From Flavobacteriales bacterium (lineage in GTDB: Bacteria; Bacteroidota; Bacteroidia; Flavobacteriales; BACL11), in contig NZWA01000041.1 in assembly GCA_002697505.1 (NCBI GenBank), positions 11,186 to 75,185 of the forward strand: a stretch of DNA of 64,000 bases. Direction: 5' to 3'. Under the pieces are notes generated by a model. That model did not search any database. It had not been told where the DNA came from and worked only from the letters and a program-made list of their open reading frames with translations. The position numbers were made by a program, and so were the translations under genes. Of this stretch, positions 47,937 to 57,526 are shown piece after piece; the stretch's first letter is position 1, and every line of letters starts with the position of its first letter.

Positions 47937-50900
47937 GTGGCTACAGAAAAGTTACGGGCAGAATTAGAGATATTAACGGCAAAGGCTGAGAAGGATTTGG
48001 CAAGGGTTGACAGGTCCTTAGCTGGTGTCGAAAAAAGAGTTGCGTCTATAGGAGGTAAAGGGGGCAAGTCCCTTAAGCCTTTGGGCGAAGGTTTGTCGGC
48101 CGCGACTGTAAACGCCAATGAGTTTGAGAAGTCAATGGCAGCAGCGAATGCCCGTGTTATCGCGTTCGGTGCTTCTGCGGGATTAATTTTACAAGTCCAA
48201 AGAGCTTTAAAAGAAACTGTTCGTGCTACTATAGAAGTAGAAAAATCTTTAACCGATATTAACGTAGTATTAAATACTAATACTAAAGGTCTGCAAAAAT
48301 TTGGAGATAGTTTATTTAAGATAGCTGGTCAGACTGGACAAGGATTTAAAACTGTAGCCGTAGCTGCAACAGAACTTGCTAGGCAAGGCTTGAGTATGGA
48401 GAAAACTCTTCTTCGTACTAAAGACGCTTTAATCTTAACAAGGCTGACTGGAATGGGAGCTGAAGAAGCTGTATCATCTCTAACTGCAGCAGTCAACTCT
48501 TTTAATAAAGCTGGTATTACCTCTGCTCAGGTAGTTAATAAAATGGCAAAGGTCGATCAGGCTTTTGCTGTTAGTTCTGACGACTTAGCTAAAGCTATTT
48601 CTCGTGTTGGTTCGTCTGCTGTTGATGCAGGAGTTAGCATGGATGAACTTCTTGCTATTACTACCGCTGTGCAGCAGAGAACTGCTCGTGGTGGCGCTGT
48701 CATTGGTAACGCCTTCAAAACTATTTTTACTAGGATTGGCAGAACTGACGTTCAGAAAAAACTAGCTGGTATAGGAGTTGCAACGAGAGATATGCAAGGA
48801 CAAATGCTCCCTGCTACAAGAGTTTTGGAAAACTTGTCAACAAAATTTCAAGAGCTAAGTAAAAGTCAGCAAAACCAAATAGCAGAAAGCGTCGCTGGTG
48901 TTTTCCAAGTTAATATTTTACGTGCGGCTTTGGGCGATCTTTCTAGTAAGTATGGCGTTTATAACAGAGCGCTAAAAGAATCTGCTAGCGCAACAAATGA
49001 AGCTTACTTAAAAAACCAGCAGTTAAATCAAACACTTGATGCTTTAGTAAATAAAACTTTAGCTAATCTTACCAAAGCAGGAGCTGCGATAGGCGGCGCG
49101 ACTTTGAAGCCTGCTATTGAGAATGTTTTAGGTTTGGTTAATAGCGCTATAGGGGCTTTTGGGGAAGGAGGAAGATTCGAAGAGTTTGGTAAAGGAATAG
49201 GAAAAGATATAATGAAGGGCATCGGTAATTTTATAGCCGGTCCCGGATTAGTTGTGGTAACTGCAGGTATAGCCAAGTTAGCTTTTAGTTTCGCAAAATT
49301 TGCTGGAGATGCTTTAAAAGGATTTGCTGACATAGGTAGACAAGCTGCAAATAGAAAAGCTTTAGAAGCACAAATAACCGCAGAACTGCAAAGACAGCCA
49401 AATATAATAAGACAAATAGAAAGAGGGGAGCTGTCTGCTGCTAACGCTGCTAAGGACATGCTAGCAGCGATGAAAGCTTCAAATCTAGAAGCTTCGAAAC
49501 TTGCTGTAACTACTTCAAGAATATCTGCTAGTATGATGGGGATGGGTGCTCTTAGAAGACCCGGTCGAGCCCAAGGCTTTATTCCTAACTTCGCCGATCC
49601 GAATGCAGAAAGAGCTTCCGCCGCTATGGGCGGATATAAAGCTGGAGCTATTAAAACTATGAACATCCCGGGGCAAGGCTCCGTTATGTATAATAGCGCA
49701 GAAACTGTTAAGAGATTCCCGGGTATGCAGCAGCCTGCTATTATGCCACCGCAAGGAAGCCGCGCTGGTTCTAATTATCAAAAAGCTTTCGGCGCTGCAC
49801 ACGGCTTTGATCCTTACGCCGCTGGTGGATTTGTCCCTAACTTCAACAAGATGAGCGTAAAGCAACTTTTTGGATTAGATAGAAACGCTAAAATTAGAGA
49901 TATAAATGTAAACGAACAAAGGTCAAAGCAACTAGAAGATGCTGCGGCAGCAGGAAAATTAAGGTTCGATGATTATAGCGATAATCCAGCGATAGCAGCT
50001 GCTGTAACAAGAGGTAAATTAAGAGCTCAAGGCGCTAAAACAGAGCAAGTAGGTAAGAACTATACTCACAACGCAAGTTACCTAGGACTTTTAGGATTAG
50101 AAGGATCGCATCTGGGCACGAGCACAACATCTCTTGGTAAAATAGCTAGATTTGCTGATGCAGGGCTAGATCCTAGATTATTAAATAGAAAAGTTACCTT
50201 TACCAACATGCAAGCTAACTCTATAGATGAGATAACTAAAGGTAGCACTCAGGTAAATAAATCTAAATTTTCTGATCTCATTTCGGAAAAAATGACAACC
50301 CCGGTGTCTCAAATAGCGAATGAGATCTTTAAAAAAGGTTTAGGAGACGATCATAAAGTCGCAGTAGCTGATTTACAAAAACAATTTAAAGGAAATCACC
50401 AATTACTGCCTCCGGGCGCAGAAGGAAGTATATTTGAAGCGGCCGTTAACTTAGGGTTATTAACAACTAAAAAAAGTCCGAAGGCAAGATTAGATGCCTT
50501 TGACCAAAGCACTAAAGGAGCCCAAAAACCTTTTGACTTTGAAGAGTCAGGAAGAGCTAAACCTCCTTTTAGAGATATCTTTCACTTTGAGGATAACCTT
50601 CTCTACGCAGACGCTAAAAGAACTATAGATAATAAGAGCATGGGCACGCTAATTAAAAAGGCCTACAATCAAGGCGTACCCGGGCTGCCCGGATTAGAGC
50701 TACTCGAAGGGGGAGCAACTGTCGCAAAGGGCGCGAAAAAAGTTAAAGCTTTCGGCCATGTGCCAAACTTCTCTCCGTTAGGAGACGCCATCACAAGAGA
50801 AAGAGCGGCCGGTGTTCCTAGGTCTGCTATTAGAGTTGGCGCAAGCGCTTCATTGAAAAGTGCGGGTAATCCCGCCGGACTGGGAGTATACAATACTATA

Positions 50901-53900
50901 GACGAACCAGCAGGTTTACACCAAGGAATTAGCAGGTCTAGAAGAATGGGCGTAAATCCAAAAGCTCATGGAGTGCCTAATTTTGCTAAGCCCTTTATAG
51001 ACATGCCAGCGGGTTATGTGATGCCGGGAGCTTCTCCAGTCGCAGAATCTAGGACTCGAATAGAAGGCAGAGAAGGTCCTAAAAAAATAAATGAGGGTGG
51101 GACAAAGATAAAAAAAGCTGCTGACACGATGAAAGCAGCTACGGATAAGCTAACGGGCGCTGGAGGATTGATGGCTCTATCTAGTATAGGCTATATGGCA
51201 GCCCCTGCCTTACAGCGAGCTACTGGCATGGATCCGCGCATAATGGACACTGGAATGATGGCGTTAGGAGGTCTAGGCGCAGCTCAAATGTTCTTGGGTT
51301 CAGACGCTGAAGGAGATAGTAAGAGAAGAGGAGCTAGAGAGTCTTTCTCTAGGTCAAGACGTGCCGCTCAGCTTAGAGCTACAAGAGCTGGGGCTACTGC
51401 TGGGAGAGGAGCAGGCGTCATGAGAGGGCTTAAGGCTGCTGGCGCCAGCATACTAGGCCTGCCTAAAGGAAAGGTCACTCCCGGAGGAGCTTTGAAAGGT
51501 TTAGCAAGGAGAGCGGCCTTGCCTGTAACCGCTTACGCCGCAACAGCGGCATATTTCAAAGGGGCAAATGAAAGTGAAGAAGAGAGAAACTTTAGATTAG
51601 CCCAAGAAGCTTTAACGAAAGCTCAAGAGTCGGACTCTAGGCCTATTCTAGAACAATTAGGAGCAGGAGTAAGCCAGTTTTCTGGAGGGTTCCGAACTAG
51701 TTCTTCGAAAGTAAGGCAACAGCAGTTTGGTGATATTAGGAACATGGTTTATGGCAAAGGCGGGCTAATGGAAGGAGCGGACACGGAAACTTCTAATATC
51801 GTGGGAGAAGCTTTTTCTGAATTCACTAATTCCTTTACTAGAGGAGCGCTAGCTGTAGAGTCCGCAGGGGAAAAATTTAATAAAGCTATAGCTGACGTTG
51901 CCGATAACCTTAGCGATAGGATGCGCGAGTTAGAGAATAGACAACTAATAACCGGTATACAGAAAGACTTCGCAGATCCTAAATTAGAGAGTAAGCCTAT
52001 ACCCGGGTTTACGCAGGTGCTAAAGCGCGGAAAATTCGTTGACGCAGGTCCAGACGGAGCTCCAGAAGGAGCTAGGACAAGAGAGTTTTTCTTCGAAGGA
52101 GCTGCTAACGTAAAAAGAAGAGGTAAGGATTTAGCAGAGCGGATTATGGGCATGGCCGCTTCCCCTGATGAAATATTTAGGAATATATTAGCAGCAGAAC
52201 AACAACATGGCGGTACATTAGAGCAAAATTTACAAAGAATAGATTTATTTGATGACCCAACTTATAAAAAAGTCGACCGAGGCGTTTTTGGCGGGCTTTT
52301 TGGCGCTGATCATAAAGCGGGCAGGGCGAATGATCCTAATCTAAAAGCAGGCAGATTTGGTTTGGCTATGCTAGGCATTAGCCCCAAAATACAGGATCAG
52401 TTAAATGTTATAGATCCAGAAACTTTAAAAGCAGCAGAAGACGAGCTTCTTAAAATGTTCCAGAAGGGCGGTAGATTTGGACCCGGAGCTAACAGAGCTT
52501 TTAGGGCTGGCGGAGACCTCAAGGGGGTTAGTGTAGCTGGAGTAGATACATTTATGGAAAGAAGTGACGCGATGAGTGCTTCTACAGCAATCCAAATAGA
52601 AAAGCGTCGCACTGCTATGCTTATAAGCGATTTAAAAATTAGCCAAAAAACTAATTTATTAAGGAGGCAACATCAGGACGCTTTAATTGCTAGCACTAGG
52701 GGTATTTATGCAGAGTCTGACATAAAACTTAGAGAAGCTAAATTACAGAATAAGATAGCACATGATATAGAAGCAGAAGATATAAAATCTAGAATAGAAA
52801 TAGCTAAGCAGCAACAAAGAGAATCTGCCGCAGGCATAGTGGCGGATGCAATAAGAAAAAGCCCATCTCAGGCTTCAGATTTACGTGGAGCTCGTTTTGA
52901 TATAGGAGGCATGGACATATTAGCAGCTCGGGATGATTTAATTGATACCCAAAGAAAGTTAGATAATCCTTTTGAATTATCGCCAGAACAGAAAAACTTG
53001 TTAGAGGTAAGGAAAAAACTTTTAGCGCTTAGGATAAAAACTTTAGGCGTTTTAGAGACTGAAAACGCCCTAACTATAGAAAATGCGCAAAAGCTTACGG
53101 CTGCCAATCAGAACGCTGATAAACAAAACGAAATAGATCGACAAATAATAGAAAATAAATATAAATACAATAGAGTTCTCGATATGGAGATAAAGCAAAA
53201 AGAGTTGCAGCTTCAGGTCGACAAAAATAGATTTCTTAGAACTGATTTGTTAACAGGCAGGATAACTGGACAGCAGTTTGCTTCAGGAAGAGCTAGGGAG
53301 CGCTCCATGCGCAGAGATGCAGAGGGTATGGCTGGGCAGCCTATGGTTGGTTTTGGGACAATAATGCAAGAAAGGTTTGCGTACGGCCCAAGAAATGCAG
53401 CCGAAGATTTCGAGCAAGGTATGGCTGACGTTGCTGACACAATCAAAGGCGGCATGAAAGACTCTATCAAGGGCCTTATCTCTGGCGCAGAAGATTTCAA
53501 GTCTGCCTTAAGAAACGTGATGGACAAACTTCTGGATAAAACTTTAGACACGGGACTTGAGGTAGTGGTAGGTAATTTGTTCGGCAAGCTTGGTAATTTT
53601 GCTGGCCGCGCTGGCGGTGGCGGGTTTGGGTTTGGTGGATTTCTTAACCAAGGTGGTATTGTCAGGGGTGGTTCTGGGGTCAAAGACGACGTCATGACGT
53701 TTATGCAGGGCGGAGAGTATGTTATTAAGAAAAGTGCCGCTCAGAAAATAGGTTATGGCACGCTTAATGCAATAAATAGTTACTCATCTGGCGGCAAAGC
53801 TAGAGTATCTTTAGCAAAAGATTTCATGTATACTGGCGATGACCCTACAAGGCCAACGGGAGGAGGGTTCAAAGTAAGCAGAGGGCTATCTACAAGAGCT

Positions 53901-54614
53901 TTATTTAGAGATGACGACCCGCAAACAGGTAGAGTTTTCGGAAGACAGCAAAAACTAGCAAGCTATCTTGAGTATAGAAGAGCAGAGCAGGCGAGAAGAG
54001 ATGCTGCTGTGCAAAGAGTTAAAGACCAAAAGAGCGCAAGGCTTAGAAAGGCCTACATAGGGGCCGCTATCAACATTGGGGCCGGAGCTATCATGCAGAG
54101 GATGCAAACTAATGCTATTATAGACAAGGGCGTCTCTGACGCTACTACCGGTGCGGTTCCCATAGGTAGTCCTGCTGGGATTGGTGTTAACTTTAACAAT
54201 ATGTCTGCTCGAGGCGGTTCTCCTGCGCTTGTTCAAGGCGGCGAATATATTATGAGCCCACGAACCACTGCTAAATACGGCACAGGGTTCATGGCAGAAC
54301 TAAATCGCGGTAGGATGCCCGGATTTAATATGGGCGGTCTAGTTGGCGGTGGCGGAGGCGCGGGAGGCGGTATAACCACAAATAACGTCAACCTTGCAAT
54401 CAATGTTGATAAATCTGGTCAAACGTCTGTGCAGACAGAACAAACATCTGGCGGCGGCAAAGATAAAGAGAGAGAAGACAAGTCTGAAATCGAAAGACAG
54501 AAAAAGATGGGCGAAGCTATCAGAGGTGTTGTTCTGAAAGAAATCGAAAGACAACAAAGACCGGGTGGGCTGTTAAGAGATAATGCCAGTTACTCTGGCG
54601 GAAGAAGAATCTAA
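47937..54614 (+). CDS. Tail tape measure protein
   Basis: 2225 aa with a GTG start. It is largely alpha-helical and Ala/Gly/Lys-rich, with a Gly-rich C-terminal region. It is the largest gene of the tail module and follows the chaperone-position genes. Confidence 0.85.
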   Translation: MATEKLRAELEILTAKAEKDLARVDRSLAGVEKRVASIGGKGGKSLKPLGEGLSAATVNANEFEKSMAAANARVIAFGASAGLILQVQRALKETVRATIEVEKSLTDINVVLNTNTKGLQKFGDSLFKIAGQTGQGFKTVAVAATELARQGLSMEKTLLRTKDALILTRLTGMGAEEAVSSLTAAVNSFNKAGITSAQVVNKMAKVDQAFAVSSDDLAKAISRVGSSAVDAGVSMDELLAITTAVQQRTARGGAVIGNAFKTIFTRIGRTDVQKKLAGIGVATRDMQGQMLPATRVLENLSTKFQELSKSQQNQIAESVAGVFQVNILRAALGDLSSKYGVYNRALKESASATNEAYLKNQQLNQTLDALVNKTLANLTKAGAAIGGATLKPAIENVLGLVNSAIGAFGEGGRFEEFGKGIGKDIMKGIGNFIAGPGLVVVTAGIAKLAFSFAKFAGDALKGFADIGRQAANRKALEAQITAELQRQPNIIRQIERGELSAANAAKDMLAAMKASNLEASKLAVTTSRISASMMGMGALRRPGRAQGFIPNFADPNAERASAAMGGYKAGAIKTMNIPGQGSVMYNSAETVKRFPGMQQPAIMPPQGSRAGSNYQKAFGAAHGFDPYAAGGFVPNFNKMSVKQLFGLDRNAKIRDINVNEQRSKQLEDAAAAGKLRFDDYSDNPAIAAAVTRGKLRAQGAKTEQVGKNYTHNASYLGLLGLEGSHLGTSTTSLGKIARFADAGLDPRLLNRKVTFTNMQANSIDEITKGSTQVNKSKFSDLISEKMTTPVSQIANEIFKKGLGDDHKVAVADLQKQFKGNHQLLPPGAEGSIFEAAVNLGLLTTKKSPKARLDAFDQSTKGAQKPFDFEESGRAKPPFRDIFHFEDNLLYADAKRTIDNKSMGTLIKKAYNQGVPGLPGLELLEGGATVAKGAKKVKAFGHVPNFSPLGDAITRERAAGVPRSAIRVGASASLKSAGNPAGLGVYNTIDEPAGLHQGISRSRRMGVNPKAHGVPNFAKPFIDMPAGYVMPGASPVAESRTRIEGREGPKKINEGGTKIKKAADTMKAATDKLTGAGGLMALSSIGYMAAPALQRATGMDPRIMDTGMMALGGLGAAQMFLGSDAEGDSKRRGARESFSRSRRAAQLRATRAGATAGRGAGVMRGLKAAGASILGLPKGKVTPGGALKGLARRAALPVTAYAATAAYFKGANESEEERNFRLAQEALTKAQESDSRPILEQLGAGVSQFSGGFRTSSSKVRQQQFGDIRNMVYGKGGLMEGADTETSNIVGEAFSEFTNSFTRGALAVESAGEKFNKAIADVADNLSDRMRELENRQLITGIQKDFADPKLESKPIPGFTQVLKRGKFVDAGPDGAPEGARTREFFFEGAANVKRRGKDLAERIMGMAASPDEIFRNILAAEQQHGGTLEQNLQRIDLFDDPTYKKVDRGVFGGLFGADHKAGRANDPNLKAGRFGLAMLGISPKIQDQLNVIDPETLKAAEDELLKMFQKGGRFGPGANRAFRAGGDLKGVSVAGVDTFMERSDAMSASTAIQIEKRRTAMLISDLKISQKTNLLRRQHQDALIASTRGIYAESDIKLREAKLQNKIAHDIEAEDIKSRIEIAKQQQRESAAGIVADAIRKSPSQASDLRGARFDIGGMDILAARDDLIDTQRKLDNPFELSPEQKNLLEVRKKLLALRIKTLGVLETENALTIENAQKLTAANQNADKQNEIDRQIIENKYKYNRVLDMEIKQKELQLQVDKNRFLRTDLLTGRITGQQFASGRARERSMRRDAEGMAGQPMVGFGTIMQERFAYGPRNAAEDFEQGMADVADTIKGGMKDSIKGLISGAEDFKSALRNVMDKLLDKTLDTGLEVVVGNLFGKLGNFAGRAGGGGFGFGGFLNQGGIVRGGSGVKDDVMTFMQGGEYVIKKSAAQKIGYGTLNAINSYSSGGKARVSLAKDFMYTGDDPTRPTGGGFKVSRGLSTRALFRDDDPQTGRVFGRQQKLASYLEYRRAEQARRDAAVQRVKDQKSARLRKAYIGAAINIGAGAIMQRMQTNAIIDKGVSDATTGAVPIGSPAGIGVNFNNMSARGGSPALVQGGEYIMSPRTTAKYGTGFMAELNRGRMPGFNMGGLVGGGGGAGGGITTNNVNLAINVDKSGQTSVQTEQTSGGGKDKEREDKSEIERQKKMGEAIRGVVLKEIERQQRPGGLLRDNASYSGGRRI

Positions 54615-55456
54615 AGTTTAGATTCTAACTCAATAATTCTTTTTTCTAACTCCATGAATTTATCTTCTATAATCATGGCGCCTTCATTATACATTTTGAA
54701 GGCGTTTATTGTCCCTCTTTCTACAATAGGTATTTTCATCTTAGGTGTCTGGTCAATTTTCTGAGCGATACAAATAATCTGACCATCGAAGTCTTTTAAG
54801 TTTTCTTTATCTAAGGTTATTGTGGACCGATAAATTTTTATTTGGCCTTCGGGAATAAACTCAGGAATAGGGTATTCAAAAGATATATAATTAGCACCTT
54901 TCGCAAACGCCGAACTTCTTACATTCTTTTCTATTACTTTAATTTTCTTAGTGTCGGTGAACTCTACGACTATTTTTAAATCCTTGCCGCCAGCTCCCTC
55001 TGGAGATATCTCCCTGTGACCAGATACAAAGAAGTTTTCTACATTGTCTAAAGATACTGAGGTTACTTTACCATCTTCTACTTTTCTAATATTTACATTA
55101 CATTTGCCGCCGTATTCTTCGTGAACAATAACCTGCCCCTCTTCATAGCCACTCCCTCCGTCTGCTATCATTGCGTGCTTCTCTATAGCATACTCTTTTA
55201 TGTACATCTCAACAAAGTCTCTGGAGAAAAATTGAGCTTTGTCTAAGTCGGTAATAACAATATACTTTTTGTCATCTTGGGTTATCTGGGAAAAGTTAAA
55301 CCAAATTTCTTCTTTTTTAATTTCTCTGATTGAGTAGTATTCATCTTCTATTCTTACAGAAAAGCTTTCATTTATAGTCAGAAAATTTTTATCTGACTGA
55401 CATAATAATTTATTAGATCCCTTGTCTATACTTGCAGAAAAATTAACTAACTTCAT
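54611..55456 (-). CDS. Hypothetical protein, last gene of the minus-strand tail-tip operon
   Basis: 281 aa. Its stop codon overlaps the tape-measure stop on the opposite strand. Confidence 0.5.
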   Translation of the reverse strand: MKLVNFSASIDKGSNKLLCQSDKNFLTINESFSVRIEDEYYSIREIKKEEIWFNFSQITQDDKKYIVITDLDKAQFFSRDFVEMYIKEYAIEKHAMIADGGSGYEEGQVIVHEEYGGKCNVNIRKVEDGKVTSVSLDNVENFFVSGHREISPEGAGGKDLKIVVEFTDTKKIKVIEKNVRSSAFAKGANYISFEYPIPEFIPEGQIKIYRSTITLDKENLKDFDGQIICIAQKIDQTPKMKIPIVERGTINAFKMYNEGAMIIEDKFMELEKRIIELESKL

Positions 55457-55468
55457 ACATTTATCTTA

Positions 55469-57523
55469 TTAATTTAGAGCCATAAAGCCAACAAAAATTC
55501 TCATAGTCGGAGTTTTTTGGCCAAACTGTGTTGCTCTAGCATTAGTAGAACCTATATTAAGGACAGCTTTTTCTTGAGTAAGCTCTACGATTTTAACCGT
55601 AGCTTCATCATTAGATTCTGAAAAAACTTTAAGTGTTCCGTCTTCTAAAATATAAGGCGTAATTACAGGTATGTAATCTTTAGGCTCTTTAAATGAAAAG
55701 GTAATTTGTTCATTAGGGTATTGTTCTGTGAGAAGATTTTTTTCAACTCTAACATTACTAAGGCTGCCATTAACCACATCTATATAAGAGTAGCATCTGA
55801 AAGCCTGAGATCTAAAACCCTCATCAACAGCAGCTTTTTTATAAATCGTCATAGACGATATTGTTAACTGGTCTTTGTTGAAAGTATTTTTGCCATCTAT
55901 CTCTAGACCGTTAAACTGAGATATGGGAGGGGCGACTTTGCTAAAAGATAAATCTTTTTCGCCGAGTATGCTTTCTACTTCTTTTCCGTCGACTGAACCT
56001 ATAATAGGATTACCATCTGCCGTAAAATGTTTCCTAAGATGCAGATTATCAAAAATACCTATGATTATGTTAGAATCTAAAATAGTATTAGTTGAAAAAG
56101 CATTGGGCGCAGGTATAGAAAGAATTAAATCAGAAGAAGTATCGTTAAAATTTTCTGCAAGTACAAAAGTTCTATTTACATCTACTACAGTATCTTCAAC
56201 TGTAACTTTTTGCACAGAACCGTTGCTTAAATTTATTTCTTCTGGATTTAAATTAAACGGCTGGTCTGCATAGTATATAACAACTCCGGCCATAGATTCA
56301 AAAGTTTCGTCTATTATCTCTGCTTCAGATTTAACAGAAGATTTTGTGGCGGTATCAATACTCTTTCTAAAGTCTAATATAATATTACCTTCTTCAGAAA
56401 GCTTAGGTTCAATAATGTATGGGATTGCTCTATCAAAACCTTCTTGCGGACTGACAAAACTTTCTCTGTCGCTATACTCGTTTAGAAAAAATATACTTTC
56501 GGGCTTTACTATTTCGACTTCTAAAATATCATATCCGCCGTTTTCAAAGTTGCCTTCTTTGCCTTCATTAATAGTATTGTCATGTAAGACATTACCAGCG
56601 CTAGTTTTTAAAGTGTCTTTATTATATGCCTCAATTACTAAATCAAACTTTCTAAGTGGCAGCTTTTCTTTTTTAAGTTTATTTGTTACGACGAAACTAT
56701 TTTCTTCATCTTTATGATGCGTTTCACCTTCTGCTATATTTTTTATTCCTATCTCTGAATTAAAAAAAGAAGAAAAAATAAACTCTCCCTTGATCAAGTC
56801 TTGGTTGTAAAATTCATAAAGTATGTTAGGACTCGGCTGATTGTTGGGGCTTACTTCTCTTATGGTGGCTCTAGTTAGTCCCTTGAAAGTTAAATTAGAG
56901 GCAGCAGACGGAGGCGCAGACGCTTTGTAGGTAAAAGAGGGGCTGTCTTCATTTCTTATTTTTGCAACACTTGTATTGTCTCCTATCTGTTTACTAGCAG
57001 GACTTCCGTCTAAACCTTCTGCTTCTCCGTTCAACGTCAATGCGTATATCTTCAACTGTTCCGTAATGTCCACAGCATCAACGTCATCGTCTACTTTAAC
57101 ACCGCCTTCGCTGCTTCCTGTGCTGCCCGAGCTATCTGCGTCCACAGCGTCTTGATCTTGTCTCGGCGGGTAGTAAACTGGCCCAAAAAATTTACCATCT
57201 AATACAGACCAAATAGAAAAGAAATACCTGCCCGTCTTTTCTGCGAAATATGTAAACTTGTAAGTTTGAAAATCTTCTAGTTTTAAGTTCTCGTCATTTG
57301 GAGAAGAGGTAAGAAAATCTCTTCCATCAATAGTAAAAAAAGTTCCCCCTAATCCGTTATCTATATTGTTCTGTTCTGTTTCAGACTTTTGAGATGAAAA
57401 AGTAGTAGAAGAAAAGTCAGTGCCAAACTTGACCAAAAGTATAAACTCATCGTACTCTTTATAATCATACTCGTCATTTTCTCCGTTATACGAGTCCCAG
57501 TATATGTTTATTTTTTTAGACAT
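55469..57523 (-). CDS. Large tail-tip-associated protein of unknown function
   Basis: 684 aa. Lies directly downstream of the J-like gene. Confidence 0.5.
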   Translation of the reverse strand: MSKKINIYWDSYNGENDEYDYKEYDEFILLVKFGTDFSSTTFSSQKSETEQNNIDNGLGGTFFTIDGRDFLTSSPNDENLKLEDFQTYKFTYFAEKTGRYFFSIWSVLDGKFFGPVYYPPRQDQDAVDADSSGSTGSSEGGVKVDDDVDAVDITEQLKIYALTLNGEAEGLDGSPASKQIGDNTSVAKIRNEDSPSFTYKASAPPSAASNLTFKGLTRATIREVSPNNQPSPNILYEFYNQDLIKGEFIFSSFFNSEIGIKNIAEGETHHKDEENSFVVTNKLKKEKLPLRKFDLVIEAYNKDTLKTSAGNVLHDNTINEGKEGNFENGGYDILEVEIVKPESIFFLNEYSDRESFVSPQEGFDRAIPYIIEPKLSEEGNIILDFRKSIDTATKSSVKSEAEIIDETFESMAGVVIYYADQPFNLNPEEINLSNGSVQKVTVEDTVVDVNRTFVLAENFNDTSSDLILSIPAPNAFSTNTILDSNIIIGIFDNLHLRKHFTADGNPIIGSVDGKEVESILGEKDLSFSKVAPPISQFNGLEIDGKNTFNKDQLTISSMTIYKKAAVDEGFRSQAFRCYSYIDVVNGSLSNVRVEKNLLTEQYPNEQITFSFKEPKDYIPVITPYILEDGTLKVFSESNDEATVKIVELTQEKAVLNIGSTNARATQFGQKTPTMRIFVGFMALN

Positions 57524-57526
57524 GGT

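Noticed and set aside
49028-49865. Antisense ORFs inside the tape-measure gene: 49028-49666, 49515-49865, 51749-52153, 53213-53695 and others.
   Set aside because: These are typical shadow ORFs of an Ala/Gly/Lys-rich gene. There are no independent signals, and every neighbouring gene up to 54614 is on the + strand.
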